From a bacterium (lineage in GTDB: Bacteria; Patescibacteriota; Minisyncoccia; Minisyncoccales; CG1-02-41-26): a stretch of DNA of 64,000 bases. The translations under genes and the position numbers were made by a program. Positions 16,836-25,914 of the stretch are shown here, piece after piece. The notes below the pieces were generated by a model. It was not told where the DNA came from and did no database searches. It saw nothing but the letters and a program-made list of their open reading frames with translations. The stretch is from positions 1,024-65,023 of the forward strand of contig JAGGXV010000024.1 of assembly GCA_021162885.1 (NCBI GenBank), given 5' to 3'. Within the stretch, counting starts at the first letter, position 1. The number at the start of each line of letters is the position of its first letter.

Positions 16836-18605
16836 TTAATTTAAACCTTTTTTCTCCTTTCTTTCTTCAGAACTCCAAGTGGCTTTAATAATTTTTTGAG
16901 GCCATTTTTGCTGAAGGTATTTTAAATTTTCACAATCAATTTTGTGCAGCGAAGCCCCTTCTCCTTTGGTGATAAAAGCTGAAATTTGATCTCCCGGTTT
17001 GGGATTGCAGCATTTACTCAATTTTACTGAAATTCCAGATTCGCCACCTACTAGAACCTGAGGCTCACGTTTTCTTTTAATCGGCAAAATTTTTTTAATA
17101 ACAGAAACTTTTTCTCGTAAAAAAGTTCTTTTTGGTTTTTCTGGAGAGATTCCATAGGCAGCTTCTAAAAAATTTTTAATTTTAGAGCGAGCCTTGGCTG
17201 TTTTGATAAATCTTAACCAGTCAGAAGAAGGAGTTTTATTTTTGTTCGTTAAAATTTCAACTCTTTGGCCAGTTTCTAAAACCTGATTTAAAGGAACCAA
17301 TTTACCGTTTACTTTTGCTCCTATGCAATGGTCGCCGATTTCGCTGTGAACAGCATAAGCAAAATCAACAGCCGTGGCACCTTTGGGCAAATCAAACACA
17401 TCTCCTTTAGGAGTGAGAATAAAAACCCGGTCTCGGAATAATTCAGATTTTAGATATTCTGAAATTTTTTCGGAATCTTTAAAATCTTCTCTCCATTTCC
17501 TTAATTTGTCCAGCCAATAAAATTGGTGTTTGTAAGTTTTCTTAGGGAGTTTTTCTTTGTATCCCAAATGGGCGGCTGCCCCATATTCTGCTTCTCGATG
17601 CATTTCCGGTGTTTTAATTTGAATTTCTACAATTTCGTTTTCGGGACAACGGACAGTTGTGTGCAAAGACCTATAACCATTTGGTTTAGGGGAGGAGATA
17701 TAATCTTTAATTCTTCCCGGCAGGGAAGGCCAAGTATTATGAATCCGACCTAAGGCTCGATAGCAATTTTCAATATCAGGGACAATTATTCTCAAAGCAA
17801 CTAAATCATAAATTTTCTCAATATTCATACCATGTCGCAAGAGTTTTTGATATAAAGAAAAGTAATGTTTGGCTCGGGCGTGAATATCCAAAATAGTAAT
17901 TTTTTCTTCGTCTAATATCTTTGTTAAATTAGGTTTTATTCTTTCAAGATATTTTTTTCTTTCAGTATATTTTTCTTTTACCGATTCTCGCAACCATTTA
18001 TATTCTTTTGGATATAGATAAGGAAAAGCCAAATCTTCAAGTTGGCCTTTCACTTCTCCCATCCCAATTCCATAAGCCAAGGGAGATAAAATTTCAAGGG
18101 CTTCTAAACTCTTTTTCTGGGCATAATCTTTCTGCTGATGAAATTCGGGAAAACTTTGCAGATTTCTCATCTCATCTAATCTACCTGCCAGCATAACAAA
18201 GATTGGTCGTAAATCGCCAGTTACAGCGAAAATCATTCTTCTTAAGTTAGCTGCTTGAATATTTAAAAGGATTTTCTGCCATTTCTTTATGGGTTTTGGC
18301 TTTGAAATTTTTCTTGAAGAAAAAAGGCTTCTCAGTTGGTTATTTTTTATTATTATTCTTAAAATTTCCCTTTGGATTTCTCTGTTCGCTTTTAGTGAAG
18401 ATAAAGAAGTTTTTGGAACGTGGTGCAATATTCCAGCAACAATCGTTTGTTCATCAATTCCCATTTCTTTCAAAATTAAACCAGTTCTCAAAGAATGCTG
18501 AAAGAGAGAATTATTTTTTGGGATTTCCTTGCTCACAATATGAAGAGCCGATTTAATCATCTCTGATCTCCCTAACTCTTCTTTAATTTTATTATCTAAA
18601 TTCAT
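16836..18605 (-). CDS. relA: RelA/SpoT-homologue (p)ppGpp synthetase with degenerate HD domain, TGS domain
   Basis: Synthetase motifs GYRSLHTTV and EIQIKTPEMHREAEYGAAAH. TGS region (VFILTPKGDVFDLPKGATAVDFAYAVHSEIG). The N-terminal HD-like region reads GILHHVPK instead of LLHD..ED. Confidence 0.9.
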   Translation of the reverse strand: MNLDNKIKEELGRSEMIKSALHIVSKEIPKNNSLFQHSLRTGLILKEMGIDEQTIVAGILHHVPKTSLSSLKANREIQREILRIIIKNNQLRSLFSSRKISKPKPIKKWQKILLNIQAANLRRMIFAVTGDLRPIFVMLAGRLDEMRNLQSFPEFHQQKDYAQKKSLEALEILSPLAYGIGMGEVKGQLEDLAFPYLYPKEYKWLRESVKEKYTERKKYLERIKPNLTKILDEEKITILDIHARAKHYFSLYQKLLRHGMNIEKIYDLVALRIIVPDIENCYRALGRIHNTWPSLPGRIKDYISSPKPNGYRSLHTTVRCPENEIVEIQIKTPEMHREAEYGAAAHLGYKEKLPKKTYKHQFYWLDKLRKWREDFKDSEKISEYLKSELFRDRVFILTPKGDVFDLPKGATAVDFAYAVHSEIGDHCIGAKVNGKLVPLNQVLETGQRVEILTNKNKTPSSDWLRFIKTAKARSKIKNFLEAAYGISPEKPKRTFLREKVSVIKKILPIKRKREPQVLVGGESGISVKLSKCCNPKPGDQISAFITKGEGASLHKIDCENLKYLQQKWPQKIIKATWSSEERKEKKGLN

Positions 18606-20737
18606 TGTTTTTTGAAATCACAATCTTTATTTGAGCATCTTATATTTTTACCCTCTTTAATTAAAAGAGCTCCGCACTTTGGACAGGTTTCACCGGTCGG
18701 TTTATTCCATAGAGCAAAGTCACATTCGGGCCATTGATTACAGCCATAAAATACCTTACCATTTTTGCTTCTCTTTTCGACTATCTCCCCCTTTTTACAT
18801 TTTGGACATTTAATTCCCAAAGTTGGTTTAGGAAGAGGTTGGGTATATTTGCATTTTGGAAAACGCGAACAGGCATAGAATTTCCCGAATTTCCCCCATC
18901 TGATAACCAGAGGAGAATTACATTTCGGGCAAACTTTTTCAGTTTTTTCTATCAAATCCTTTTTTGAAATTTCTTGATACTTTTTTCTCAAATTTTCTTC
19001 AAAAGGTTGATAAAAATCATTTAAAGTTTTAACCCAGTTTTCTTTTCCTGAAGCAATCCTATCTAAATTCTCTTCCATGCTAGCGGTAAATTTAATATCG
19101 ACTATTTTTGGAAAATGTTTTACCAAGAGGTCGTTTACCAAAACTCCAATTTCAGTTGGCTGAAATTTTTTTCTCTCATTTTTCCTAACATAATTTCTCT
19201 TTTGAATGGTATCCAAAATTGGAGCATAGGTTGAAGGCCGACCAATTCCTTCTTTTTCCAATGTTTTAATTAAAGTTGCCTCAGAGTATCTGGGAGGTGG
19301 TTGAGTAAAGTGTTGAGAAGGAATAAGTTCTTTCAGATCTAAAATTTCATTGACTTCTAAGGATGGTAATTCTACATCTTCATATTTGATAGGGTAGACC
19401 TTCAGAAATCCATCAAACTTCAAAATAGAGCCATCAGCCTGAAAGCTATAAATTTTGTCTTTTTCTTTTTGACTTTTCACTTTAGCTTTGATTTCCACTT
19501 TAGTGGAGTCAAATCGACCTTGAGCCATCTGACAAGCTATAAATCTTCGCCAAATTAGATCATATAGCCGATAATGTTCACCATCTAATTTTGTCTGAAG
19601 CTTTAGATCTTCGGGAGTTCTGTTTGGATAAGTCGGTCTTATTGCCTCATGAGCTTCTTGAACTCTTCCTTTGGCTTTGTAGGTTCTGGGGAGACCCGGC
19701 CAATAATCCTTACCATAATTTTCCAGGATAAACTTTTTGGCTGCCCCAAGACTCATTTTTGATAGGTTTAAAGAATCAGTGCGGTGATAGGTAATAAATC
19801 CTCGCTCATAAAGATTTTGAGCAATGAGCATTGTTTTTTTGGCAGAGAATCTTAATTTCTGCCAGGCCGTTTGTTGTAAGGTTGAGGTAGTAAATGGAGG
19901 TAGGGGATTACGCCTTACTTCTTTCTTTTCGATATTTATTACCTTGTATTCGGCCCCTTCTAAATCTTCAATAATTTTATCAGCTTCCTCTTTATTCTTA
20001 ATACCCAATTTTGGAATAACCTCACCGTCTTTTTTGTAAAGAGTAGCAATAATTATTTTTGAATTTTGATTTGGTTTTTGATTATCAAAAAGAGCTTTGT
20101 TCTCGTCTCCAACCTCGCTTCTTTTAGAAGCTCGGTTTTTGATTTTAAGTAGCTCTGCTGCGATTGTCCAATATTCCTGGGGTCGGAAATTTTCAATTTC
20201 TCTTTCTCTTTCCACTACCAATCTTACTGCTACCGATTGAACCCTTCCTGCTGACAATCCCCGAGAGACTTTTTTCCATAAAAATGGAGAAAGTTTATAA
20301 CCAACTAACCTATCCAAAATCCTTCTCGCTTGTTGAGCATTTACCAAATCCATATCAATTTTTCTGGGATTTTTCAGGGCATCTTCAATGGCTCTTTTGG
20401 TAATTTCATGAAAAACAATTCTTTGGTAGGGTTTGCTTCCGTTCAAGTTCAAGACCTTAGTTAAATGCCAAGCAATTGCTTCTCCTTCTCTATCCTCATC
20501 TACTCCCAAAATAACAATTTCTGCTTTAGGTAAGTATTTTTTAAGTTCTTCAACTCTTTTTCTGGCTTTGGGCGGGATAATGTATTTTGGTTTAAAATTG
20601 TTTTCAATATCAACTCCTAATTCTTTGGCTGGCAAATCACGAATATGACCATAGGAAGATTCTACTTTGTACTCTTTGCCTAGAAATTGTTGAATTGTCC
20701 TAGATTTTACAGGGCTTTCTACGATAACCAAGTTCAT
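18602..20737 (-). CDS. topA: DNA topoisomerase I
   Basis: Toprim N-terminus (LVIVESPVKSRTI), catalytic Tyr region (GFITYHRTDS) and C-terminal Cys4 zinc ribbons (CPKC..C..C). ATG at 20737 is preferred to the TTG at 20746. Confidence 0.95.
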   Translation of the reverse strand: MNLVIVESPVKSRTIQQFLGKEYKVESSYGHIRDLPAKELGVDIENNFKPKYIIPPKARKRVEELKKYLPKAEIVILGVDEDREGEAIAWHLTKVLNLNGSKPYQRIVFHEITKRAIEDALKNPRKIDMDLVNAQQARRILDRLVGYKLSPFLWKKVSRGLSAGRVQSVAVRLVVEREREIENFRPQEYWTIAAELLKIKNRASKRSEVGDENKALFDNQKPNQNSKIIIATLYKKDGEVIPKLGIKNKEEADKIIEDLEGAEYKVINIEKKEVRRNPLPPFTTSTLQQTAWQKLRFSAKKTMLIAQNLYERGFITYHRTDSLNLSKMSLGAAKKFILENYGKDYWPGLPRTYKAKGRVQEAHEAIRPTYPNRTPEDLKLQTKLDGEHYRLYDLIWRRFIACQMAQGRFDSTKVEIKAKVKSQKEKDKIYSFQADGSILKFDGFLKVYPIKYEDVELPSLEVNEILDLKELIPSQHFTQPPPRYSEATLIKTLEKEGIGRPSTYAPILDTIQKRNYVRKNERKKFQPTEIGVLVNDLLVKHFPKIVDIKFTASMEENLDRIASGKENWVKTLNDFYQPFEENLRKKYQEISKKDLIEKTEKVCPKCNSPLVIRWGKFGKFYACSRFPKCKYTQPLPKPTLGIKCPKCKKGEIVEKRSKNGKVFYGCNQWPECDFALWNKPTGETCPKCGALLIKEGKNIRCSNKDCDFKKQ
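19452..19480 (-). repeat. AAAAGTC-type heptamer array in topA (coding strand)
   Basis: The coding strand reads AAAAGTC AAAAAGA AAAAGAC AAAAT. Encodes KVKSQKEKDKI. Confidence 0.65.
20056..20091 (-). repeat. AAAAATC-type array plus 17-nt palindrome in topA
   Basis: The plus strand reads TTTTTGA ATTTTGA tttgg TTTTTGAT T ATCAAAAA. Encodes FDNQKPNQNSKII. Confidence 0.75.
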
Positions 20738-20826
20738 AATTTTCAATTTACAATTTTCAATTTTTAATCAATTATCAATTTTCCAATTTTCAAATGTTTG
20801 ATAATTGGTAATTGAAAATTGAGAAT
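20738..20826. repeat. CAATTTT/AAAATTG inverted heptamer arrays forming a long imperfect palindrome
   Basis: Left arm is AATTTTC AATTTAC AATTTTC AATTTTT ... CAATTTTC CAATTTTCAAA. Right arm is TTTGATAATTGGTAATTGAAAATTG. Lies between the dprA stop and the topA start. Confidence 0.8.
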
Positions 20827-21704
20827 TAGCCCGATAGGGCATAAGTGTTTCCTCCTAAATTTTTCACTTTACCTTCAATTTCCATTAAACTCAAGTTGGC
20901 TGAAACTATTTGAGGAGAGAGTTTCGTTTTTTCAATAATCTTGTCAATGTGTAAACTCCCCTCCTTTAAAACTTTTAAAATTAAATTTTCTTCTAAACTT
21001 CCCCCTTTTAATTTTTTTCTTTCAGCTTTTGGTAAATTCAATTCCTCCAAAATATCATTAGCGTTTTCAACCAATTTTGCCCCCTTTTTAATTAATGAAT
21101 GAGGACCCTGCGAATTTTTAGAATGAACTGGTCCAGGCACAGCAAATATTTTCCTTCTTTGCTCTTTTGCCCAATTAGCAGTAATTAAAGCCCCTGAGCC
21201 AAATTTTGCTTCAACCACCAAAACTCCCAAACTTATCCCCGAAATTATCCGATTTCTTTCAGGGAAATTCCATTTTATTCCTGGAGTTCCAGGAGGATAT
21301 TCAGAAATTAAACAACCACCATTCTTTAAAATCTTTTTTGCTAATTTTAAATTTTCTTGAGGATAAATACTTCTCTCATCAATTCCGGTTCCCAAAACAG
21401 CGATTGTCCTGCCGCCACTTTCAAGAGCTCCTTTATGGGCCATTGTATCAATTCCTCTAGCCATCCCACTAACCACAGTTATCCCAGTTTCAGCTAAATC
21501 TTGGGCAATGGAAAAAGCAAGTTCTTTGCCATAATCTGAACATTTCCGAGTGCCAACGATACTGAAGCAAGGCTCATTTTTTGCCAATTCTCCTCTAATA
21601 TAAAGAATCTTCGGAGGGTCAGGAATTTTCTTCAAAAGATCTGGATAGTTTTTATCTCCGATTTTTAGTGTTCTTATTGATTCTTGAGAAGATAATCCTT
21701 TCAT
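20826..21704 (-). CDS. dprA: DNA processing protein DprA (Smf)
   Basis: GMARGIDTMAH motif, a Rossmann-like DprA core and a C-terminal wHTH-like tail. Confidence 0.9.
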   Translation of the reverse strand: MKGLSSQESIRTLKIGDKNYPDLLKKIPDPPKILYIRGELAKNEPCFSIVGTRKCSDYGKELAFSIAQDLAETGITVVSGMARGIDTMAHKGALESGGRTIAVLGTGIDERSIYPQENLKLAKKILKNGGCLISEYPPGTPGIKWNFPERNRIISGISLGVLVVEAKFGSGALITANWAKEQRRKIFAVPGPVHSKNSQGPHSLIKKGAKLVENANDILEELNLPKAERKKLKGGSLEENLILKVLKEGSLHIDKIIEKTKLSPQIVSANLSLMEIEGKVKNLGGNTYALSG

Positions 21705-23746
21705 TTACTTAATTTACCACAACTTCTCATTTTTTCTATTGCTCTGGATAACATTTGACAGTATAAATTTAATCCAACTTTGTTAATATTTCCCGATTGT
21801 TCTTTACCTAAAATATTGCCAGCCCCTCGGATTTCAAGGTCTCGCAAAGCAATTTTGTAACCAGAGCCAAGCTCTTGAGCTTCTTTTAAGGCCTTCAGCC
21901 GTTTTTTTGCTAAACCTTTTAATTTTCCTTTAGGGTATAGAAAATAAGCATAACTTTGGGTATAGCTTCTGCCAATTCTTCCCCGAATTTGATAGCTCTG
22001 AGCTAAACCTAATTTTGTCGCATCATCAACGATTAAAGTATTTACTTTCGGCAAATCTAAGCCATTTTCAATAATTGTTGTGGATAAGAGCAAATTAAAT
22101 TTCTCTTTTTGAAATTCAGCCATTATTTTTACCATTTCTTTCTCTCTTAATCTTCCATGCAAAATCCTAATTTTAGCACCGGTTTTCAAATCTTCTAAAT
22201 TTTTTTTAAAAGCAAAGATTGTCTCGATTCGGTTATGCAAAAAATAAATCTGTCCCTTTCTTTTAAGCTCAAATTCTATCGCTTTTTTAATAATATCTTT
22301 TTTAAAGGGCAAGACAAAGGTCTTTATTGTTTTTCTTCCTTCTGGGGGAGTTTGAATTAAACTAATATTTTTTAAAGAACTTAAAGCCATATACAGAGTT
22401 CTGGGAATAGGAGTGGCTGATAAAGAGAGAAGATCAATTTCAGGTTTTAATTTTCTCAATTTTTCTTTTTGTCTGACCCCAAATTTTTGTTCATCGTCAA
22501 TTATTAAAAGCCCTAAATTTCGGAAAACCACATCTTTTGAGAGAAGTCGATGAGTGCCAATTAAAATATCAATTTTCCCTTCCCTTAATTCTCTAAGAAT
22601 TTTCCTCTGAACATTTTTTGGTTGCAATCTCGAAAGAATCTCAACTCGGAAGGGAAGTTTTTTCAATCTTTCCTGAAAAACTTTTAAATGTTGGTTGGCT
22701 AAAATGGTGGTTGGACAAATCATGGCCACCTGCTTGCCATTTTCGGCAACTTGACTGGCTGCTCGCAAAGCAATCTCTGTTTTACCAAAGCCAACATCAC
22801 CACACAAAAGCCGGTCCATTGGCTTAGGAGTTTCTAAGTCTCTGGCGATATCTTTCAGGGTTTCAATCTGGTCAGGGGTTAGTGGATATTCAAAAGTAGC
22901 ATCCAAAGTTTGAGAAATCTCTTTTTGGCTATAAGGGGTTCGCCAAGCCCCCTCTCTTTTAGCAAAAATAGTCAAAAGTTCTCGGGCAAACTTTTCTGCC
23001 TCTTCCTTTATTCTTCTTTTTGTTCTCTGCCAAAAAGAACTCCCCAATCTTGAAATTTTGGGTTCTCTAAAGCCGATATACCTGGTTAATTTTCTTTCCA
23101 AACCTAAAGGGACATAAAGTTTGTCGCCTTGAGCATATTCTAAAACATAGTATTTTCTCTCTTCTTTCCTCAAATTAACACGATCGCGCCGAAATGAGGA
23201 CAGAGAGATTTTCCTCAAAGTAGCGCGATCGCACTGAAATGAGGAAAAACCGACGAACTTGCCAACCCCGTGGTCTAAATGAACCAAATAGTCTCCGGGT
23301 TTTAATCCTCGCAAGTCAGAAAATATTTTCTGGGATTTTAATTTCTTTTTTAAAAGTTCTTTTTGTTTTTTCTCATCTTTAATTTCAATATTTAATTTTT
23401 CAATGCTTTCAATCTTACTTCCTAAAAACTCAAATCTTATTGCAAACCTTAAATTTACTGGGAAAACATCAACTATCCCCCCTCTTTGCGAAAATTCTCC
23501 AGGTTCAGTAACTTTAAATACTTTTTCATATCCCATCTCGTCCAGTTTTCTTAAAAACTCTGAAAAATTTATTTTCTGGTCTTTTTCTAAAAATAAAGTA
23601 TTTTCTTGCCAAAATGTTTGGGTTTTCTTGGCTTTTAAAATTTTTGCCAAATTTTTCTCAAACCAAACGAACCCCTTTTCCAAAAAATAGGGGGTGATAC
23701 TGACAATCAAAACATTATTTAACACTCTCTCATTTGACAAACCCAT
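21701..23746 (-). CDS. mfd: transcription-repair coupling factor, short form (681 aa)
   Basis: CarD/TRCF RNAP-interaction domain (GDYLVHLDHGVGKF...YVLEYAQGDKLYVP). Helicase motif I (GDVGFGKTE) and motif II (IIDDEQKFG). Much shorter than the roughly 1150-aa E. coli Mfd, so the UvrB-homology and C-terminal modules look reduced. Confidence 0.9.
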   Translation of the reverse strand: MGLSNERVLNNVLIVSITPYFLEKGFVWFEKNLAKILKAKKTQTFWQENTLFLEKDQKINFSEFLRKLDEMGYEKVFKVTEPGEFSQRGGIVDVFPVNLRFAIRFEFLGSKIESIEKLNIEIKDEKKQKELLKKKLKSQKIFSDLRGLKPGDYLVHLDHGVGKFVGFSSFQCDRATLRKISLSSFRRDRVNLRKEERKYYVLEYAQGDKLYVPLGLERKLTRYIGFREPKISRLGSSFWQRTKRRIKEEAEKFARELLTIFAKREGAWRTPYSQKEISQTLDATFEYPLTPDQIETLKDIARDLETPKPMDRLLCGDVGFGKTEIALRAASQVAENGKQVAMICPTTILANQHLKVFQERLKKLPFRVEILSRLQPKNVQRKILRELREGKIDILIGTHRLLSKDVVFRNLGLLIIDDEQKFGVRQKEKLRKLKPEIDLLSLSATPIPRTLYMALSSLKNISLIQTPPEGRKTIKTFVLPFKKDIIKKAIEFELKRKGQIYFLHNRIETIFAFKKNLEDLKTGAKIRILHGRLREKEMVKIMAEFQKEKFNLLLSTTIIENGLDLPKVNTLIVDDATKLGLAQSYQIRGRIGRSYTQSYAYFLYPKGKLKGLAKKRLKALKEAQELGSGYKIALRDLEIRGAGNILGKEQSGNINKVGLNLYCQMLSRAIEKMRSCGKLSK
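23168..23245. repeat. two 33-nt palindromic units inserted in-frame in the mfd RID domain
   Basis: CCTCAaattaacaCGATCGcgccgaaaTGAGGA (23168-23200) and CCTCAaagtagcgCGATCGcactgaaaTGAGGA (23213-23245). Encode SSFQCDRATLRKISLSSFRRDRVNLRK. Confidence 0.85.
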
Positions 23747-23821
23747 TCCAGTATTTTATATTATATAATCTATTAAAGATTGTCAAAATATCGTTCTCTA
23801 AAAAATTAGGAGGGAAGAGAA

Positions 23822-24099
23822 ATGAAAGATTCTACAATCCAGATCATAGGCGAAGAAAATTTTCTGAAGATTTGCAGAAAGTTCTCTTTAGCTGAAAAAG
23901 AAATTGAAATATTGAAGAAAATTCTTAAAAATGGGATGAACTTCCAGCTCCTCCGAGAACAGAAGAAGAGGATATTCAGAAATTACGGAGTGGGGCTGAA
24001 GAATTGGTAAAGATATCCCCAGAAAGAAGAGACAAATTTTTGCCAGCTCTGTTTGAGGTTAGTCGACTTTTTGCTTTATTGGGACGAAGACGTCATTAA
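23822..24099 (+). pseudogene. small ORF interrupted by a frame change at an A5 run (62-aa ORF continuing in the -1 frame to 24099)
   Basis: SD AGGAGGG. Frame A ends at 24010. The frame entered by a 1-nt shift at cttAAAAAtgg (about 23932) stays open through WDELPAPPRTEEEDIQKLRSGAEELVKISPERRDKFLPALFEVSRLFALLGRRRH. Confidence 0.3.
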
Positions 24100-24127
24100 A
24101 TAAAAATCAAATCAGGAGGTGAGAGAA

Positions 24128-24625
24128 ATGTCAGTAAAAGTAAAAGGGAAAAAAGTTTTAAGTCCTGAGGAAGTAAAAAGACAGATTTTTGAGGAAGGAA
24201 GATCGGATTTTGAGGAAGTGATCATCATCGAAGGGTCTTTAGATCTCAATGGTTTAATCTTCGACTATCCTGAGCTGAACCTTACTAATGTCACTATCCA
24301 AGGAAGTTTAGGTTTCAATGAAGCGACTATTAAAGGAAATTTGTGGCTCATTGGAGCAACTATCAATGGTGATCTGGATCTTGGCAGAGGGATTGTCAAT
24401 GGTGTTCTGAATCTTGATAACGCAACCATTAGGGGGAACCTCTATCTTCCCGAAGCAACCCTTAAGGATGTTCTTAGTCTCGAAGGAACCATTATTGAGG
24501 GAGATCTGGATCTTTCTACTGATAAGGGGCCTACCCGAATTTATGTAGATTACAGGAATGCGGAATTAGTGCACTTTGCAGCTCCGACTGTTTCTTTAAT
24601 AGTTAAAAGGAGACAAAGGGAGTAA
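24128..24625 (+). CDS. beta-helix repeat protein (pentapeptide-repeat-like, 10-11-aa periodicity), unknown function
   Basis: SD AGGAGGTGA lies 7 nt before the ATG at 24128 (MSVKVKG). Repeats: ATIKGNLWLI GATINGDLDL GRGIVNGVLNL DNATIRGNLYL PEATLKDVLSL EGTIIEGDLDL. Confidence 0.55.
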   Translation: MSVKVKGKKVLSPEEVKRQIFEEGRSDFEEVIIIEGSLDLNGLIFDYPELNLTNVTIQGSLGFNEATIKGNLWLIGATINGDLDLGRGIVNGVLNLDNATIRGNLYLPEATLKDVLSLEGTIIEGDLDLSTDKGPTRIYVDYRNAELVHFAAPTVSLIVKRRQRE

Positions 24626-24640
24626 TCTTTTTCCTCAGAG

Positions 24641-24687
24641 CCGGGGTGATGATGTTTCTTAAAATCATTGCACCCCGCTTTTTATTT
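24641..24687 (+). terminator. intrinsic terminator, copy A of a duplicated terminator
   Basis: CCGGGGTGATGAT-gtttcttaaa-ATCATTGCACCCCG followed by CTTTTTATTT. The first 28 nt are identical to 25868-25895. Confidence 0.8.
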
Positions 24688-24871
24688 GTAACAAAAATGG
24701 AGCGATCGCTTCAAAAGTGTTACAAAATTTCCCTTCTTTTCATCAACAAACTTTTTCCATTATTCCTTACGGTCGTGAACTTTATTGGAATTTATTTTAC
24801 CTTCTTATTTGTTAAATTTGGTCATTGATTTTCCTATTCCTTAAATGAAGATAATTTTCAAAAATAAAACA

Positions 24872-24900
24872 TTGACATATTTAATTAATTATAGTATGAT
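24872..24900 (+). promoter_or_regulatory. sigma70-type promoter for the 180-aa gene
   Basis: TTGACA (24872-24877), 17-nt spacer, TATGAT (24895-24900). Confidence 0.6.
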
Positions 24901-24965
24901 CAAAAATTGATCATCGAGGACTTTAAAAAAACCGCAATTTATTGCGGACATAAAGGAGATTAAGA

Positions 24966-25508
24966 ATGTATGAAGTAAAAGCTGTTTTGAAATCAAGACA
25001 AAAATTAGTAGGAAAGGGGAAAGATTGCAGAAATAATTACACGGTAAAAGTTGATCTTGGAAAGTTAAGTAATCTTTTAGAGAAAGAAGGATTGATGAGT
25101 AAAGATTTAGGAGAGATGGTTATTAGCTTGAAAGATTATTCTTCCTTAAAAATATTTCCTATTAGCGGTACCTATTTTCCTCATCTAAGAAGGATTGATA
25201 TCTATCTCTTTAAAGATCGAGGTTGGTATAGAATTCTAAAATTTTTAGGGCATCCAATGACACTAAACAGAAAAGAAATAACTAGGACATTAGCTCACGA
25301 GATATACCACGCGATTAGAGATTTGAAGATTGAGAAAAAATTTAAGAGTGAATTATGGAGTATGGCAATTTTAGGGATAATTGATGCATTTTCGAATTTA
25401 ATCTATCCAATTTCTCCCTTAGAGATTTTAGCTCGGAGATTTGGAAAATGTAAAGCCAGAAATCCAGAATGGTTACGATGTATAGAAATTAAAAAAATCA
25501 AAAATTAG
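24966..25508 (+). CDS. hypothetical protein with HExxH motif (possible small metallopeptidase)
   Basis: SD AAGGAGA. Motif LAHEIYHAIRD. No family recognised. Confidence 0.5.
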   Translation: MYEVKAVLKSRQKLVGKGKDCRNNYTVKVDLGKLSNLLEKEGLMSKDLGEMVISLKDYSSLKIFPISGTYFPHLRRIDIYLFKDRGWYRILKFLGHPMTLNRKEITRTLAHEIYHAIRDLKIEKKFKSELWSMAILGIIDAFSNLIYPISPLEILARRFGKCKARNPEWLRCIEIKKIKN

Positions 25509-25520
25509 GAGGTGAGGAAA

Positions 25521-25859
25521 ATGGCGATAAAAGTAGAGCATCGGCCAGATCGTTTGCTTCAGGAGAATATTGAGAAAGGATGTCCTCCAGGTCTAGAAAA
25601 GACATTTGTGGGTAAGGTAATGTTTCCTATCCATAAGGCGCTAGTTGAATTCCTCAACACACGAGTGATTAATCGACGGTTTGAAAATAAAGAAGAGCTT
25701 CAAAAAATACTCGATAGTTGGCCAGAATTTGCTAAAGGCAAGGGACTTTATGTGACAAAGGAATTCGCAGCCCTTCAGATTACTCCACGTAACACTATTG
25801 CTTGTCCAGATAAAGGTTTAGGTGGGCCACTTGAGATAGGAATTGTTCGTTCTCTTTAA
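25521..25859 (+). CDS. hypothetical protein (112 aa)
   Basis: SD AGGAGGTGA lies before the ATG at 25521 (MAIKVEH). Followed by terminator copy B. No family recognised. Confidence 0.45.
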   Translation: MAIKVEHRPDRLLQENIEKGCPPGLEKTFVGKVMFPIHKALVEFLNTRVINRRFENKEELQKILDSWPEFAKGKGLYVTKEFAALQITPRNTIACPDKGLGGPLEIGIVRSL

Positions 25860-25867
25860 ATACAAAC

Positions 25868-25914
25868 CCGGGGTGATGATGTTTCTTAAAATCATCGCCT
25901 CGGTTTTTTTATTT
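25868..25914 (+). terminator. intrinsic terminator, copy B
   Basis: CCGGGGTGATGAT-gtttcttaaa-ATCATCGCCTCGG (13 bp including two G-U pairs) followed by TTTTTTTATTT. Confidence 0.85.

Noticed and set aside
23225-23232. GCGATCGC (HIP1 octamer) at 23225-23232 and 24702-24709, together with heptamer repeats, as a sign of cyanobacterial origin.
   Set aside because: The gene content is not cyanobacterial: no photosynthesis genes, reduced housekeeping genes, and CPR-type regulators and surface proteins. Two octamers are far below HIP1 densities. They are kept only as an analogy.
24646-24828. 60-aa ORF in the ORF track.
   Set aside because: It starts inside the terminator hairpin of the preceding gene, has no SD, and encodes only hydrophobic low-complexity sequence from AT-rich DNA.
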